Positions 63,269 through 64,000 of a stretch of DNA of 64,000 nucleotides are shown in pieces. Made by a program: the position numbers and the translations under genes. The stretch comes from Gemmatimonadota bacterium (GTDB lineage Bacteria > Gemmatimonadota > Gemmatimonadetes > Gemmatimonadales > Gemmatimonadaceae): positions 46,970-110,969 of the forward strand of contig PMYN01000016.1 of assembly GCA_003171215.1 (NCBI GenBank), read 5' to 3'. Below the pieces are notes generated by a model. The model ran no database searches, was not told the DNA's origin, and worked only from the letters and a program-made list of their open reading frames with translations. Within the stretch, counting starts at the first letter, position 1. Each line of letters starts with the position of its first letter.

Positions 63269-64000
<732 letters not shown>

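Overview
A 64-kb, visibly GC-rich (roughly two-thirds G+C by eye) bacterial chromosomal segment with dense, often overlapping (ATGA/GTGA) gene junctions. Many long antisense ORFs in the six-frame track are GC artefacts. Positions 1-23,000 carry housekeeping and signalling genes: an MqnA/D-like gene, an HD-GYP response regulator, an SDR, an S41 protease, a TolB-like propeller, an SPFH protein, a YhaM-like OB+HD protein, an MFS transporter and two large PAS hybrid histidine kinases. This stretch also holds several decay or accessory signatures: an internally deleted MFS paralog, a frameshifted relic of a sensor domain, an RPA-family replication-initiator-like gene and a lower-GC patch. Positions 23,000-64,000 form an almost complete flagellar/motility regulon of a diderm organism, since L- and P-ring genes are present. 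The gene order is: cheY-flgM; flgL-fliW; fliC; fliD-fliS; a sigma-54 enhancer-binding response regulator; flgBC-fliEFGHIJ-(MgtE_N-like)-fliK-flgDE; fliLMN-fliO/P-fliQR-flhBA-(FlhG-like)-fliA; flgFGAHIJ-flgN-flgK-csrA; motAB; an EAL-HDOD protein; and the 3' part of cheB. A two-tier promoter logic can be read directly from the sequence. Three TGGCA(T/C)-N5-(T/G)TGC sigma-54 promoters sit in front of the structural operons. Four to five TAAAGTTT-N11-GCCGATAA-like sigma-28 promoters sit in front of fliC, the flgM operon, motAB, the EAL-HDOD gene and (weaker) flgL. The most unusual item is the fliK-position gene. It combines a FliK-type C-terminal domain with an LAS/M15 zinc peptidoglycan-peptidase signature, while the local FlgJ has only the rod-binding domain. 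Other second-look items are a perfect 10-bp x ~10 tandem repeat in the flgE 3' region, a single-ORF FliO-FliP fusion, a P-loop-less FlhG-like protein with no FlhF, and a FliW/CsrA/flagellin-leader circuit with a GGA hairpin. There are also near-leaderless starts behind two promoters, a degenerate orphan kinase overlapping csrA, and an LPP20 lipoprotein paired with a large secreted protein. No rRNA, tRNA, CRISPR array or transposase was recognised. A Gemmatimonadota-like lineage is only a guess and I cannot test it here.
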